From the NCBI GenBank assembly GCA_002633005.1, contig NMRA01000036.1, forward strand, positions 310,001 through 374,000: a stretch of 64,000 nt of DNA, written 5' to 3'. The DNA is from Phoronis australis. Lineage: Eukaryota; Animalia; Phoronida. The notes beneath the pieces were generated by a model. It was not told the origin of the DNA. It saw nothing but the letters and a program-made list of their open reading frames with translations, and did not search any database. Shown piece by piece: positions 49,375-64,000 of this stretch (its first letter is position 1; the number at the start of each line of letters is the position of its first letter). The position numbers and the translations under genes were made by a program.

Positions 49375-50491
49375 AGAAAACAAAAGCGCAGCACAAGATG
49401 TATTTTATATTAATTGCAATCATCAGATGTTGAAGTCACACCTTTTATGGACTGAGTAGTAATATGATCTTCCTTTTGATTTCACCAGTTAACTTGCAAC
49501 GCATAATTTAATTAGAATCATTCCGTAAACTACTAACCCACATGAATATTTGCGTTTTTGTTATCAAATTTTCTAAGCTTACGAAAACCATGGGCGACAT
49601 CAGAAGACATGTTTCGCAAAAATGTCGACAAAGGCATTGCTATGACCATGTTGGATTGAATCGTCTTATGTTAAAATTCGTTTAATGATTTTTTGCTCAA
49701 ACTGATCTGAGAAGACTATATTTAAAGTTGCTGGATGCTTGTTTATTTAGGTTCTTGGTTGGACAGGATTTTAAAATTAAAACTAGACAAAATTTTAAGA
49801 GATTTTTACAAAGTGTTGACATTTTCGATCAACACGTCTATTTTTAACCGTCAAAATAAAGATTGACAAAACAAGCCGGTCTTATGAGCACGGCTAATAA
49901 ATATTCATCATAAAAAGTGCAAAGGCCACACATTTCCAGAATGGACAAACAAACTGAAGGCGGAAACTAAAATACTGATACACACATCGACAATCGATAG
50001 TAAAATATCAGTTGTTTTTAATTGGTGAACTTAGCGATTTACTAAATCCTTGGTAAGTTCGTTGAAATTTGTCACATACAGCATTTCCCACTTAGAACTC
50101 ATCATTACCGAGCCAATAAAACCTTGGCAACTTTAACATTTGATTTCACGTCCAGGCAGAGCCGAGCCTACCTTTCGATATACTATCCAATCATCACACT
50201 GAGGTCAGTGGCATTTGATTGGATGTAACCTGACTGGTATGTCGACACTTGAAATCTTATTATTTATGACCGATGTCTAATGAATAGACAAAACGTCGAA
50301 TCAACATGAACTTTTTTATTTGTGCTGCGATTGTCCGTTTCTAGGTCCTGTCGAGGTCATAATGCTCATAGACACGTCGTCACTAAACATCCGTATAAGC
50401 AATAAGTCAACAAACCAGTTTCATTAATAAAATGTCACCCAAAATTTAACGTCATCAGCCATGTAGACAAAATGAAAGTTCGCCACCTGAC

Positions 50492-51623
50492 GCCGAACTA
50501 GGGATTGGAAACTAAGTACAGACCACTTTATTTCTTGAAAAAGAAATATGTCCCTAGTTGCTTCAAACTTGCAGTTTTTGGGAGATAATACTGAAAAAAA
50601 TAATCACTGTGAATATTTTGATTGGTAGCGATTATTTCGACGAGTTTTTCTTTGACGTCTTTACCGGACTTCCTCAGAAGGCTCTGACGTCGTTCACAAA
50701 CTTATGTCATTTTCTGACGAGAGCCTTTTCCCGTGGAAAAACAAAAACCCAACAAACACAACCCCTTGCCACACGAAAATATCGAGTAGGTTTCAGAGAA
50801 GTGCACACAGGCAATGTTAAGACAAGCTACGCGTTAGTGGTCGCTCATATGAAATTCCAAGCTTCAGTTGTTAGCTCGTACAAGTTTTACAAGTTCAAAC
50901 GGTCTTAAAACTTCCTCACGTTTAGATTATACATTTTTAGAAAAAAATTGTGGATTAAACTGTCATATATGTTGATCTTTAGAGAGCGATGGAGACAACA
51001 GCATTAGCCAATCACAGCCTGAGAATCTCACTTCTGGTACTCGCGGTAGTAGTAGATTATTTGTCTATCGTCGTTAGCAGAGCAAGAAACCTATGGCTAG
51101 AACACTTTCGAGTATGAAATAAATGATGCCTGAGATCGATTAATTAGACCCCCTGAAATTCTGGAAGATGCTGCTGCACTAAACTAATTAGCCGCTGGCT
51201 TGTTATTGACTAAGCCGTGTGACGTACCAGCGTAAACGTGCACTGTTTTTCCATCAGATAAACATATTCTGTTGTCTGTCCCCCGCATTTTCGCATTATT
51301 TTACCAAATTTTCGCAACGGTGAGGCACAGAATTTGTGGCGAATGCAACAACACGGATTTCAATCACCATCTAGCACTTTTCGTCTTTTCCCGGGAGAAG
51401 GCACTCGACTGAAAATTGCAAAAGTTTGTGAATGACACTAGACGCCATGCTTGCAAATTGCTTGGAGTGCAGCGATCACTTGAATGAGTCTTGCATTGAC
51501 AAAAGTACTCTGCGCTGCTTTGAGACAGTTTCGCCTTCCGAAAATGCATTAAGTTTGAAAGAACTAGTAGCAATTTTTTGGAGAAAAAAATGACATTATT
51601 GCTTAATTTACGGTCCTAGTTCG
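50492..51623. mobile_element. Non-autonomous DNA transposon with long (about 260 bp) imperfect TIRs
   Basis: CCGAACTAGG pairs with CCTAGTTCGG. CTAGTTGCTTCAAACTT and TTCACAAACTT...TTTTCCCG blocks are mirrored at 51380-51570. It may extend to a TAGCC-type terminus at about 51666 (Academ-like, uncertain). Confidence 0.6.
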
Positions 51624-52888
51624 GTCTCGGGTCTACTCGCATTTTCGATAAATGTGTGCCTGGCTACTTTCTCAATTTATAGGTGAAAGTTTGAAAGTAA
51701 GATGTGTTTTGCCAAGTTAAGACTGATAAATGTTAAGTTAAAAGTTGGTAAACACATATCCTTAGTGTGGTTAATTCGATTTTACCGTGACCTATTTTCG
51801 GGAAAGTAGGCCACATCTTTGAGTACGCTGCTACGTCACAAGACGGTCCGAATTATTAACAATTTCAAGCACGAATATCGTTATTTTTCTGTTATGGTCT
51901 ATTTCGACATTGGGAAATTTAAAACAGTATATTGGTGCCTTAGCAGTATACAAGTGTTGGTTTGTAACAATTAAGTACCGTTAAAACGGCTAAGCCCACG
52001 TTTAAGTTAAGTTCTTATCTTAAATTTCATAATGAAAAGGCAGACAATAATAATGTATTTGCACGCAAAACATGCAGCAGAGCACTTTTCGTAGTGATTC
52101 TAGCGGTCTGGAAAAAAACAAACTTTTGTGAGGATTTAATAGCTGAAGAGTAGGTTGAAATTGCGGATTAAAATGTGTATTTCACGCTCTGTTTTGAAAA
52201 AAAACTGATGTGTTGAATGCTGTTGGGTATCACTAGGGACTACTGTTTAATGAAGCTGGTTTCATGCAGTGATCACGTTATGGCAAATAAAACCGAAAGA
52301 GAATGCGTAACTTGTCTGCGAGCAGCGTGATCGCATCTAGTTGGGTTTGGTCTGAATTACCATAACAACTTTTAAATCTTAATCGCACCAAGCACCCGGC
52401 GAGCGGAAACAACAGGAAAGAAAACTCACTCCACATTTGGCATTTCCTGTGTTTTCCTCAACAGTGCCCGGCAATCACTTCACTCGTAATTGGTAATTTA
52501 TGTCATCATGAGTCCAACGTAATACTCGTTACTACAGTGGGTACGAGAGATATGACCAAGGCCATGTAAAGGAACCGAGTCAGCCTCAAACGCTTCTGTT
52601 TGAGCACCTTTTGCTCGGACACTTTTAAAATACAATTCCAGTCCACTTTTGAAAAAATATCACTGGAAACACATTTGCCTCGAGCAACTCCACTTGTATG
52701 AAAAAATGAAAGTTACCATTACATTTTAGCAAAAAAAATCATCTTTTTAAGCAGTTTTCATTACGACGACGCAACACTCTTCTGTAAACTCTTATTGGAA
52801 CATTGTAACTGACCAAAAAAGGAATTCAAGGGTGCAAGTTAAAATTCCAATAATCTGGTAAATGTTCACCAGTATTCAAGTTTTTGCC

Positions 52889-52956
52889 TATTGCATGTCG
52901 CAATGAACAATACTTAGTGATTCATATTGCATGTCGCAATGAACAATACTTAGTGA
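52889..52956 (+). repeat. Tandem duplication of 32 bp (36-bp period)
   Basis: TATTGCATGTCGCAATGAACAATACTTAGTGA occurs twice. Confidence 0.95.
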
Positions 52957-55468
52957 CTCGTACTGCTACAAAAGTGTACTGTTAATTGCAAACGACTGTG
53001 TACTTCAATGTAGAGAAGAGCCTTAGCAAGTCAGAGGACAGAATTGTTGACAGGGCAAAAATTTGAGAAAGTTGAATGTGTTTGCTAACGGGGGGAATTG
53101 CACATTTGTTTTCGTTGCTAGTTTCGCACGGAGGGTGGGTTGTTCCGGTTGGCACCTTCTCGTGTATTTGGCATGAACTGTGACTGTTTATCGTTACTTT
53201 TTCAGAAATTACAGGTCGATATTTTAATGGCAGGTGTTACGTGTTGGTATCACTAATTAATAATGACACTCAAAAACTTGGGCTGGCATATTTCGCAGTT
53301 TTTAAAGTTTCTTTTGAAAACTAATTCACGGTTGAAACGCAATGATATTCATCTACATCGGCCGGTATTGGCGTTGGCGAAATTTGTATGGAGTTATAGG
53401 ATCTAGATGCAATCTGAATTCAACGACGCACCAATTTATATCTTTTTCACGTATATCTACTTTAAAAGTGAAGTCGTACCATTACTTTACGTCGGGTCGT
53501 TCTAGAATTCGACATCACAGTCGTTCACGATATACGGTATTTTCCAGCAGGTCGACGTTTTGCTCATTTGTTAACGCGCTTTTGAATTATACGTAATTGC
53601 TTTTCGAAAACATGTGATAACTTAGTACTTCGTGTGACCGTGCACTTTAGGAAATAAATGTGAAATCACTTGGATTGGGGTTTTAAGCAGTTTTTCAACT
53701 TGGACACGTTTTCAACAACAGCGGAATTTTATTGTGACAGTTCAAATTTTACAGTTCAGGTCCGGCAAAAATCATTGGAACTGTTGTCGATGTCAAACTA
53801 CTGAAAACCAAGAAAAAAGACGTATCGTATCCGGCTACCGTGTTTTGATAGATGCAACATGACTAATTACTCGGAACTCTACTATTTTGCACCTGGCGAC
53901 TGGATACCCACCCTTTTCGAGAGTCAGTCCGAAAAAAATCACCCATTAAAAAGACAGCGCGATTAAAATGAACCGGTTTATTTTGTAGGGAACTTCCAGG
54001 AAAGTTATCTCTTTCGTAGACCGTTTTCCGTTGCATTGTTTTTTAATCCTGTCACAATATAATCTCATTATAAGATGCAGGAAACTGGAACTTCGTACAT
54101 TTCCCGACCCATCAAGTGCACCGAATTTGCCGATGACCGACGGCTGATTCTGGAGCGGCACGTCCCATATAAACAGGCACTACCTTTGAAGTACCCCTCG
54201 GGTTCATGCAGTGTTATAATTGTTAACGAGCATCAAGAAGTTCATGCATTTCTCAGTATTCTGCTTATGTGGTTTCCAGTGGAATTTTCATATTCATCTG
54301 TTGACACGAGATATGTGATCGTGCTACACCTTCCTTCTAATGCATTGCACGGAGCACTAACAGCACTTACTTGACGCCGTAGAAAAATGTCTATCGGTCA
54401 ATTGACCCACAGGGCCTCAAATCCATGGTTCAATTTGAAGACGTATGACTCATGAATTTGTGTCTGCTGTTCACACAATCGTTTTTTGCATTTTTTGCAT
54501 TGTTTGCATGCTTTATGTTTGCTTTTGCTTTTGTTTAATATTGTCTAGTTTTCAGTGAATACTTTTGTTAAGGGCTAATGATTGCTTATAACGCAAACCG
54601 CAATCACATGACTCCACAATTTAATCTTTATTTTCGTAAAACGTTTGACCCCCAATTGCTTACATTAAGTCAGTTGTTATGGTCATTTGTTTTGATCGGA
54701 TGTTTTGCGCTTGATACGTAATTATTCCCGCAGCAAGACAACATAAGGCGTGATTACTGATACAATTTTAATGCACCAGTTGACCCGAGGTGAGCAAACC
54801 ATGATTTGTTTTCGCCAATGTCGCGGGACGTGGTCGTCCCACTCCGTGATTGCTGTCATTACATTGAGACCTTCTAAAAACGTGAACAATGCAATCCTCA
54901 ATTAAGTATTTCATTGCATTAGATCATGGTAAATTCGAAAAAAATTAAACTTGATTGACTATGTGTGTTATTTTGCGGCCAATACCGGTTATACGGAAGT
55001 AAACCATTCATTTCAACAGTAAATTACATGTAGCCTGTAGGAAAATATAATCTGTTGCGTAAAATACGTATAAGAGCTTGAAAAAGTCTTTATCCATCAA
55101 ACAAAGAAGTTTTCAACAAATACTCTTCACTTACCAAGCGGTAGTATTGGAGAAACCAGTGTCAATCAAACACAGACCACAACAAATACACGGGAATATG
55201 GCGACTGGAATAATCTACGCTACTGGCGATCTTCGCGGCAAAATAAGTACCAGTCCCCCGTTCTTTCTATGGGCCTGTGCGTAAAAGTTATGATATGGGA
55301 TGAGTAAAAATTGACAAGAACTAATCTAGAATTGCTTTTGCTTTACCTTTTCCTACTATTTCCCTCGCAACTTCTGCTTTATCAACACGCTTCCCATGCC
55401 CTTACATTTGAAACAGCCTGAAAATCGAACTTGAATTCATTACTGGTTCAATTATTTGTAATTTAAAG

Positions 55469-55470
<2 letters not shown>

Positions 55471-55522
<52 letters not shown>
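55471..55522 (+). repeat. (AT)n microsatellite
   Basis: Direct reading of the sequence. Confidence 0.98.
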
Positions 55523-55525
<3 letters not shown>

Positions 55526-58500
55526 ACCACTAGATGATGGTGTGAGTTTTTAAAGAAAACTATGTTTATTTGAATTATTTTGCTTGTTTCGTTTATGTTA
55601 TGACCAAAAATGTTAATATGTGCCTCTTATAATGCTGGAGGCAGCTATTTCATCAATATATAATGTCACAACTTAAACGAAGTTTGTATTTCAAAATTTT
55701 GCCATTTTCCACCAAATTCACTGGCAATGAAAAAGATGTGCTACTTCAAATTTGAAAAGTACAGCTATATGAACGAGGTGGAAAATGTCAAAATAAGTTT
55801 ATAGGTGAAAGTACTTACGAAACCTAAGCTCCTACAGCTCAGGGCCCACAGACTGTTACTGACTGGGCTGCAAAGATATTGACGCGACCTAGGCTGACGA
55901 GATACTTGTCATGTGTAATACCCGTAATAATTCCTGTCACGGACAGAATCATTGGGGATATGATGGTGCATTAATCCCCTTCCAAGACCATCCCCGTGAC
56001 AGCAGAAGGCGTAGAACTCCATGGCTGACGTTGCCTGTAAGCATCTGATTGAACAACACTCGGACACGGCTCTTGTTGTGACTTTTAGCAGCATGGCCAT
56101 ATGCAATTCCAAGAACGGGTAATTTTATTAGATTTGTAAATTTCCGTACTTAAATACGGCGAGTTGATCTTTTCAATTATGCGTGAAATTTATTCAGAAT
56201 CTGACAGAAGCATTGGAAACCGCTACTGTTGGTGTCTTGTTGACATATCATTGTCGTGAGGAAGTTGACATAAACAATGACCCAAGAAATGAACCCTGTG
56301 ACTGAGTCAGTCAGTAATATGTAGCGAGAGGACAGTTTAGAAATACAACAGCACACAGGGCTAATACTAAGTTCACATGAGTGGCGAAAATTCTACCACT
56401 TGCACTGTTTTGTTACCTCACCACCCCATCACGATGCAAACAAATGTCTCTTGTTCCTGTGCATGCGTGTCCTTTGAAGTAAACGGCCTTAGATAACGAA
56501 AGCGACAGTAATTTTGTGAAAACTCAAAACTTCACCAAAGCGTTTTTGCAGTCAGCTAAAATGCTGGCGAAAATGTTAGCGTTTTCGCCAGAATGTGAAC
56601 CGGGTACAAGATAAACGCCAATAGACTACGTGTTACACGAACCCGTTAACAACTGACACCCTAGAACTCCATACGTCACGTCACTCGGTAAATCCAATAA
56701 CAAGCCAGCAGGTAATTAGTATTATTCGTAGTAAAAAATAAAGCCGTTGTCGAACAATAACGGAAAGACGTGGGTAAGACAGTTATCAATAATCGTTCCA
56801 CGAAAAACCGTGCTTGCCAACGCTTACCGTATATGGGCGTATTTACGCCCATTCGCCTTTACGAAAAGCTGCGCCTACATTTCAGAAAAACGAAGTGTTC
56901 TTTAAAATAACATGCGAGTAAAGCTGACTTATATTCAAAATGAGAGATGCGGACGTGCTTTCACTTTAACAACCAACAAGTCTCTGATTCGACAAAAAAC
57001 ATCACAAACACCCAGTTTAAGAGAAACATACCTGCGCCTATCGGTGCATGGTGTTTTGGCGCATGAACAAAGCACTTGTAAAAACGCATTACTTCAGATA
57101 CAGGTGCATGAGATTAAATTCCTACATATACGGTAACAGATACTGACAGTACAGTACAGCGTACATCGTAGAGAACATGTCCCCACTAGCAGAGCGCAAT
57201 GCGTTCCGTGGACCACGTTTCTAGCGAGAAAGGCGATATTACGTAAGACGACGCAAAATCACGCGAGTGAGAGGCGAATGTGTCGCCAGTACGCTCGAAA
57301 CCCTACTTAAGCAACCTGGCAAATTGGCGTTCACTGAAGTGATTTGTCGGTGAATTTAGGATGTTGAATTATGGAATGGATGTCGTGAGTTAGGTAGCAC
57401 TGAACAGTTAGGCTGCAGCAACGGGCATTTTCCAGTCCCTAGAATTGAAATAAAGAGGGGGGGGGGGTCAGGCTTAGCGGCTGTTTTGGGGAATGCGTTG
57501 AAAATAATTTCAAAGAAACTGACTTGATTGTGCTTTTGAACTCAGCCTGAATAAGAAAAGCCAAATTTTTAGCGTGACCTACTTTGATGCAAAATGGTAG
57601 TTGCAGTTTGCTTTTAACCCCTGTCTGAGAAACCGGGTGCGATTTCAGGTAGCTGTCAAACAGTTCAAAATTGCCAAGCGAGCATCTGTTAGGGGGCATA
57701 CTATGACCATATTTTTAAAACTTTAAGAGAACGAGCATTTTGAATCTGTAGTCACATTCTTCTAGCACGGAGAAGTGGTAATTTTGTGGAGAAAACCGCC
57801 AAATTTGTTTTTTTCGGTTCTGTTTTTCAAGACTGAGATTTTTTTCGATGTGAATTAATCGATTAAAAATCGGTATTATGCCTAAGTTTCAGTTATCATG
57901 ATTGTTAATAAGGACGTGAGGAAAGGACTCACCTCCACTTAGGTGTGTGTCGGCAGTCAAAACCCTGTAATAACTGTAGTGTACCTTATGGGATAGAATT
58001 GATCGTTTCCTTTCCCTAAGCGAAGACTACTCACCGGAGGTGTATAATTAATACCTTGAGTCATCGGAGCTCAGCCATGAAAGACAATACAAGGGTCACT
58101 GGGTGCTGAAATAGAAAAACCAAAGTCACTCAAAAGTATAGATAGGATCAATACGTATGAAAGGGGACCCATAGAAAAAAAACAATAGGATAATATATCC
58201 TCTTGAATAAACTGATACCCAACAGAATAAAAGTACTATGAGAGAATAAAGAAAAAGAAATTCGTACTCTGAAAACATCAAGGAAGAGAATAGTAATAAT
58301 TGAACAATATATTCGTAAACCATGAGGGGTTAATTATAGAAAGGCTCGTTCATGCGAGCGAGCATTTTGGTGAGAAGTTCCGGAATGGTAGAGTGGTTAA
58401 TACGATTCAGAAAATTTTGTAAAACCGGCGACTTCTATCCAGCATTGAACATTGCTGCAAACGTACGGTAAATGACAATGGAATATATTCATTTTAAATA

Positions 58501-60428
58501 TTTGAACCATTTGTTCATATTAGTAGCAATACTCAACGGCGCAGGTAGTTTTTCACCTCAAGCAAGGATTGTGAACCTTACCATCCAAGAGAACTTTATT
58601 GCGTACCAGAACGAAAACAAAATTAACTATCGGAAAGCCATATTCGGCCTGACACAGATTAGTTAATAATGGTATATTTTTCACTGTATTTCGTCAATGT
58701 GCTATGCAGGACATTTGTCACAACACTCCATGTCTTTCAATTTCTAACCCGTCATGCCTTTTTTGGTAAGCTGTTTTATTCAAGTCTCGTAATTATAATG
58801 TCACCCTTAATCCTTATACTGGCCCAATGTCCATTTTCTTATTTTGACACAGCATTTCATCGGGGTATAAAGCATTAACTGATGAGTGGAGGAGGGGGCG
58901 AGAGGGGTGATAGGTCCGCATAAAAAGCATCAATACGACGATGCCTGTTTCATGTGAACGTGCGTAGACTTTTCTCTATTCTCCAATGTCATATATGGGT
59001 AATTTGGTGTTTTCTAAGGCTACTAAAACTACCCATGAACGACGTGTGGCTACACTTTGGGGTTAAATATTCACTCCATAGGTGGCGAAGCACTGAAAAA
59101 ATGCCCCCTATAGTGCGCTGTGCAAGCTTACAGCACCACAAACTGTCGTATGGGTTGTGTTCTCGATAATGATCGTTATGTTGCTTTGGTGCAGTCTTCG
59201 TTCAACCCTAAACGTATGACGAAGGCGGCTCTCCGTGGCTGTTCTAATTACAAAACTATAAGAATGACGCATGGAGCCTCTTCCACGTAAATTCACGCTG
59301 GTGATACGATTATCGCAGTTGGAGATTTAATGTAAGGTAGTACCTTCCCGCAATTCATGTCGTTTTGATATCTTCTAGCTATTTAAAATTAAGCGATGTG
59401 CGAAATATAACATTAGAACAATTAAAAACATTGATCGGATAATTAAAATCCCCAATCCCATTCCTGGAGCGACGAGGTTAGCGCTCATAAATTACGCATA
59501 CGTGCGCGCAAGCGAGAATGCGACGAGAGGTGTTGCAGCGCATTTTTAAATGCGTTCCATTAAAATCGTTCGTATAATAAAAAGATGTTTCCACCCACTA
59601 TGTTCACATTTTACATCCATACAGGCCACTGGATAGACAGCCCAATTGTTTGGACATTGAACTATTCAAACCAAGTAAGTGGAGTACATGAGATACTTGA
59701 CTACTTAAGTGTTGTTTGAAAACTGTTGCATCTCTTGCATCGTCTTTGAAACAAAAACATCTGTAGCGTACGTTTTGACGTTTTAGATTGTGCTTTTGTG
59801 AAATTTTCGTCATGAGAAATTGATTCATTTCAAAAAAAACCTACTAAGTGTGTAAAAAGCAAACAGATGTATATAACTTAGAATCACAGTGATCCGATCA
59901 CGACAAACCATAATTTGCCCCAATACTTGATCAATCACTCAGAGCAATATAAGGGTCCCGTCACTCTAAGATAAATACCAGTACGATCTCGAAAACAGAA
60001 AAAAACGAGTAGAAACCAACAACACGTCATTTGCCGTGTTACCTGGTAATATTTTGATTAAACGTTTTAAGTGAAAAACCGGGTAACTCAGCAAAAAACA
60101 AATGTACGCCAGTGTACCGACGTAGCCCGGCGGCGTTTCTTGTGTCTAATGGAAAATTAGATGAATCTCGCATGATCGGTAACGACCAGTTTCCTCCTGT
60201 CGAACCCAACATCTTACGCAGGCTCACCTCCTAAGGCAGAAGAAGGCACATGATCCCTTCCGAACCATCCCGGCTTTCGTCTGTTTACTTCCTGTCCTAC
60301 TTTGAGCGTATACTCGAATGGGCCTGGCAAGTTCGTGGCGACCTGGGATTTTTACCAGGTAACCGTTTACTCCCGTCCTGTTTTATGAAGACTAGAATAG
60401 ACTATGCTGCACTAGGCTGGTCCGGACT

Positions 60429-60515
60429 GAATAGAAGAGAATGAAATAGAATAGATTATAAAATAGTAGAATACAAAAAATAGGATAGACCTAGATTAGA
60501 ACATAACAGAATAGA
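60429..60515 (+). repeat. (AATAG)n degenerate microsatellite
   Basis: Direct reading of the sequence. Confidence 0.75.
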
Positions 60516-62024
60516 TCATTAAGGCCTGTCATGTCAAACCTGTTCTTTGATCACCCGAGCCCCCTCTTATAGCATCTTGATGAAACGGAATTGATAGGGG
60601 CCGTGCAAAACGGGCAACTCTGGTGGGGTACTTACTCAGCAATTTATTTCAGTTTTCGATATCGCGCTGAGAAAAACAGAGTAGAGTATTTAGCAATGTA
60701 TTATTTAAGTAATTATTACTCTTATTATTTTGTGTTACATATTATGTCTATTATTATTATATTATATAGTTATTATCATTGTTATGGGATGAAGAAAAGC
60801 GTTAATCTCCTATCATTCCTCATGATCTTTTAGGGAGGACAGGACAATCATAACAATGAATCAAGCACTACTACTTTACACAATTGTCACAGAAACCTCT
60901 TTATTGAAAGGAATTTGTGTGCATTCGAACACGGATACATTTGTTTCATTCCAACACAGTATGCAATTTCCCTTAATTTAAATTTTAGACTTGCAATATG
61001 CTAATTTTTATAATTATTTTCCCAGTACACTATGGTTATATTAAAACATTACGCGTTTCCGAGGAAACGTAAAGGACCACTCATTGTTGTCGGCACGTTA
61101 ATTCATAACCAGGCAGAACCGCCCAGTATTATGTAATAGGGGACTTGCACAATCATTTTCGCAATTAGGTTCGTGAAGAGCTCAGGTAGTTCCGGGCACC
61201 TCCTTCACACGGAATTTCTATGGGCTGTGATTATTTATCACTGCTTTTTGCAAATTCCAAGTCGAAATGCTAACAGTTGTCGACAGCAGGAACCCGTTTC
61301 ATGAAACTTTTAGGTCTTAATGTAGACCGAAATCTTATTTAATTACGTTTCAAAATTTTTTATGACCAAAATTGAGACCAAAACAGGTCTAAGCTGAGAC
61401 CGTGGAAAGACAGCCTGCTACGGAGTAGGCTTAAAATCGGATTTTTGGTCTAAATGACTAAAATATAAAAATGTCACCAATGCAAACTGTTAAGGAAAAA
61501 CGTTTGATGGTATTTTCCTCAATGTTTTACAATTTAATGGCCCTAAACAATGTTAGATTGAAAACCGTCGACTTTTGATTCTAAAACCGACAAAGCACGG
61601 TTGAGAAAACGCAATGCAACTTAATAGTCACGTTCCAGCCTCCAGCGAGCAGTTGGCAACACTTAAGCCGAAAATACATTTGAGCTCCCGACTATTGAAT
61701 TTCTTATTTTGAGTCATGTAAGTTAACTAGCCTGATAGGTGTCGCGTCAGTGCTGCCCATTTACTACTTACCACCTGTCTATTTACAAAACTTAATTTGC
61801 TCGTTTCACAAATAACCTGTATGTTTGTTGATTTTGTCTATACTGAGCCTTTTAGCTGTCCATAAAATACCACCGGAAGCTTACCACGTCAGTTCGTAGT
61901 ACTGAAATTCGACCTCACCGGCAGTTAACACTGAAATAGGAATGTGGTACTTTCAAAAGTTGGCGTTTTTGCACACACACAGCAGGGTCTACATGTACGT
62001 TAGACAGTGGCCGCAGTCTCTACT

Positions 62025-62759
62025 GGCACCTCCGGCTTCTGATGCAAAAAAACTAATTCGGACTGGCCGGACGCCCGTGTGAGTGCATGCCAATTCAGTG
62101 TTTGCTGACAGAAAGCTGTTGTGTAGTCAGATGTTACGGGAATCTTCATTCAGACTTAAATTTTTCAAATCATTGTACCTTTTCCGTGTACGGTTCTGTG
62201 GAAGAGGAACCTGGCTTAGCGGTCCCCGACGCGTAAATTGATTTGTAATGTCGCGGCTAATTCACCAAAATATTCGAGCCACTGGGTTATAACGAGCGTT
62301 TTGTATTTAGAACTGAAAAATTCACAAGTCTAAAAATAATACAGGCAGCTATGCTCTCCTGTCTGTATTTCAAGGAAGAATAATTCTAATTTACCACTGA
62401 ACAGACTCCCGCGACCGACCTCGGTAGGTTGGTCCGAACTTTGTAGGCTACCTACGGTACGTTCAAAATGTCTTTAATCCGTAACAACTTATTTGTTTAA
62501 GAACTCAATGTATTTGTGAGGGTTTTACATCGAATTTTGGTGATTAATTGGTGTGAAACGACGAATTCAAGCGATAAGCTGACACTAGTAAGCGTTTTGT
62601 TAGTGAACTGCTGGGCAGACTGTGTGAGAACCTGTGACGTCACTGGTTAATTTCAGCACCCTCATCTGCCGTCTGGGGTCAGGTAAAACTTGCTTTTTTC
62701 GAGTGAAAGTACTCGATCTAAATTGATACAAAATATAATATTTTTGGCGGTATTCTCCT
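62025..62759 (+). mobile_element. Partial Kolobok copy, inverted relative to 28787-30531
   Basis: The reverse complement aligns to 28787-29790 (e.g. TATTTTGTATCAATTTAGATCGAGTA, GAAATACAGACAGGAGA, CTTTCTGTCAGC). It ends GGCGGTATTCTCCT followed by TTAA. Confidence 0.8.
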
Positions 62760-63369
62760 TTAAGACGGTAACAAAAACTAATTAAATCGGGTGGCAGATA
62801 CGAAAAAAAAAAAACTGTAAAATAAGCCAGAGTAATAGATTAGAAAAAAACAAGCGAAAGCTTGTAAACTGTAACTTTTTGCACAAATTAAGTTAGAAAT
62901 AAGCAGTAGGGAGGAACCGGTTGCTAAAATGAATGTGCAAATAAAATGTGATATAATAAAATGAATATACAACAAATCAAATGGCTAATAGACAATAGTT
63001 GAATAGCTGAATTAGAATTGGAAACTGAATAACAAAAAAATAACGTCTACGCAAAATATGTAGGAGCCTAACAAAATGGCAGAGAGTAGCTGAGATAGAC
63101 TGGCAAAAATAATCAAGGTTAAACTAAACTATTGTAATACCATTATAAGCAATCTATACAAGGAAAGTGGTAGGGGAAAAGAAGGGGCGTGCCTAAAGTG
63201 CAAGCAATATTGACACATGTGAAGGGGCGGGGAGGTGCAAGCAATGCTAACACCTATGGGGGGTTGAGAATGTGCAGGCAATACTGGCACCTAGTGAGGA
63301 ATGACAAAGAGTGAGGAAGATTTGGAAAGGAAGCAATAAATGATGATTGACAGAGGCGGAAAATGAGTT

Positions 63370-64000
63370 TAAGGGAAGACTGTGTCGGACTTTCATCGGC
63401 ATCTGGGTTGGAAGACTGGTTCCGGGATGCCGAGGGCAACGGCGGAAGTGGCGGCGCAGATGCGGAAACTGTGAGATTTGAAATGGTTGGGGTCGAATGA
63501 AGCAGATATGACGGAGTTGGGTGTCTGGCTGCAAAAGGAACGAATGACTGGTGAGGAATCTGCGAGGTGGAAAAGGGGTCCAGGGGAATGGTTGGATAAG
63601 TTAACACAGGTCCTGAGGTGTGTGACGGGACATTGGAAAGACTGATAGGAAGGAATGCGAAGGCTTACTGAGGACGAATTGTGGTGTTTGAAATTAGAGA
63701 AAGCAACAGTCATCTATGAGGACTGATGGCGGGTGCGTCAGTAGAAGAATTTGACAGCAGAGTGCTAAAGAGTGAGTTATTAAAGGTCGGAAGACAGGGA
63801 AGCTACCGTGAATTCACCGATACGCAAGAAGGCGTGGAATACTGAAAAAAGTGGCCTTGAAGAGGTATTGTAAAGCGATATTGTAAAAGGAGTGAATGGA
63901 CGAAGACTGAGACAGAGTCAATAAGAGAGGTGATGATGTTATAGGTGATGGGTAGACGAGTGTTTGAAGATGGGCATTCTTTGGATACTCCGCGGAAGAG
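63370..64000 (-). pseudogene. Tyrosine recombinase of a DIRS/Ngaro-type retrotransposon, decayed, running off the window
   Basis: Reads RLPITYNI, FHAFLRIGEFT, CPVTHL, GPLF and FKSHSFRICAATSAVALGIPE...CR*KSD (GRWxS box degraded). Stops and frameshifts are present. Confidence 0.85.

Noticed and set aside
53900-54370. Possible Gypsy gag relic on the minus strand (DYIVTGLKNN)
   Set aside because: Single weak similarity with stops, and no LTRs or pol recognised.

Overview
This is AT-rich animal genomic DNA, probably from a lophotrochozoan or mollusc judging by the neuropeptide and repeat content, with one assembly gap (45484-45850). It is not prokaryotic and has no operons, CRISPR arrays, rRNA or intact tRNA. 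The only convincing host gene is a single-coding-exon egg-laying hormone (ELH)/DH44/CRH-family neuropeptide precursor (46615-47238, +). It carries one intact 36-aa amidated peptide, a second degenerate ELH-like copy and an acidic C-terminal peptide. A well-spaced TATA + Inr + GTAAGT donor at 35591-35704 is a good candidate non-coding first exon about 10.9 kb upstream. The rest is a gene desert of decayed transposons: hAT, AcademX (x2), Tc1/mariner, ISL2EU-like (x2), Kolobok, probable Crypton-type tandem units, a CR1/L2-type LINE, Penelope-like elements with hammerhead remnants, a DIRS/Ngaro tyrosine recombinase, MITEs (four with 5-bp TSDs) and microsatellites. All family assignments come from motif recognition by eye, not from database searches.
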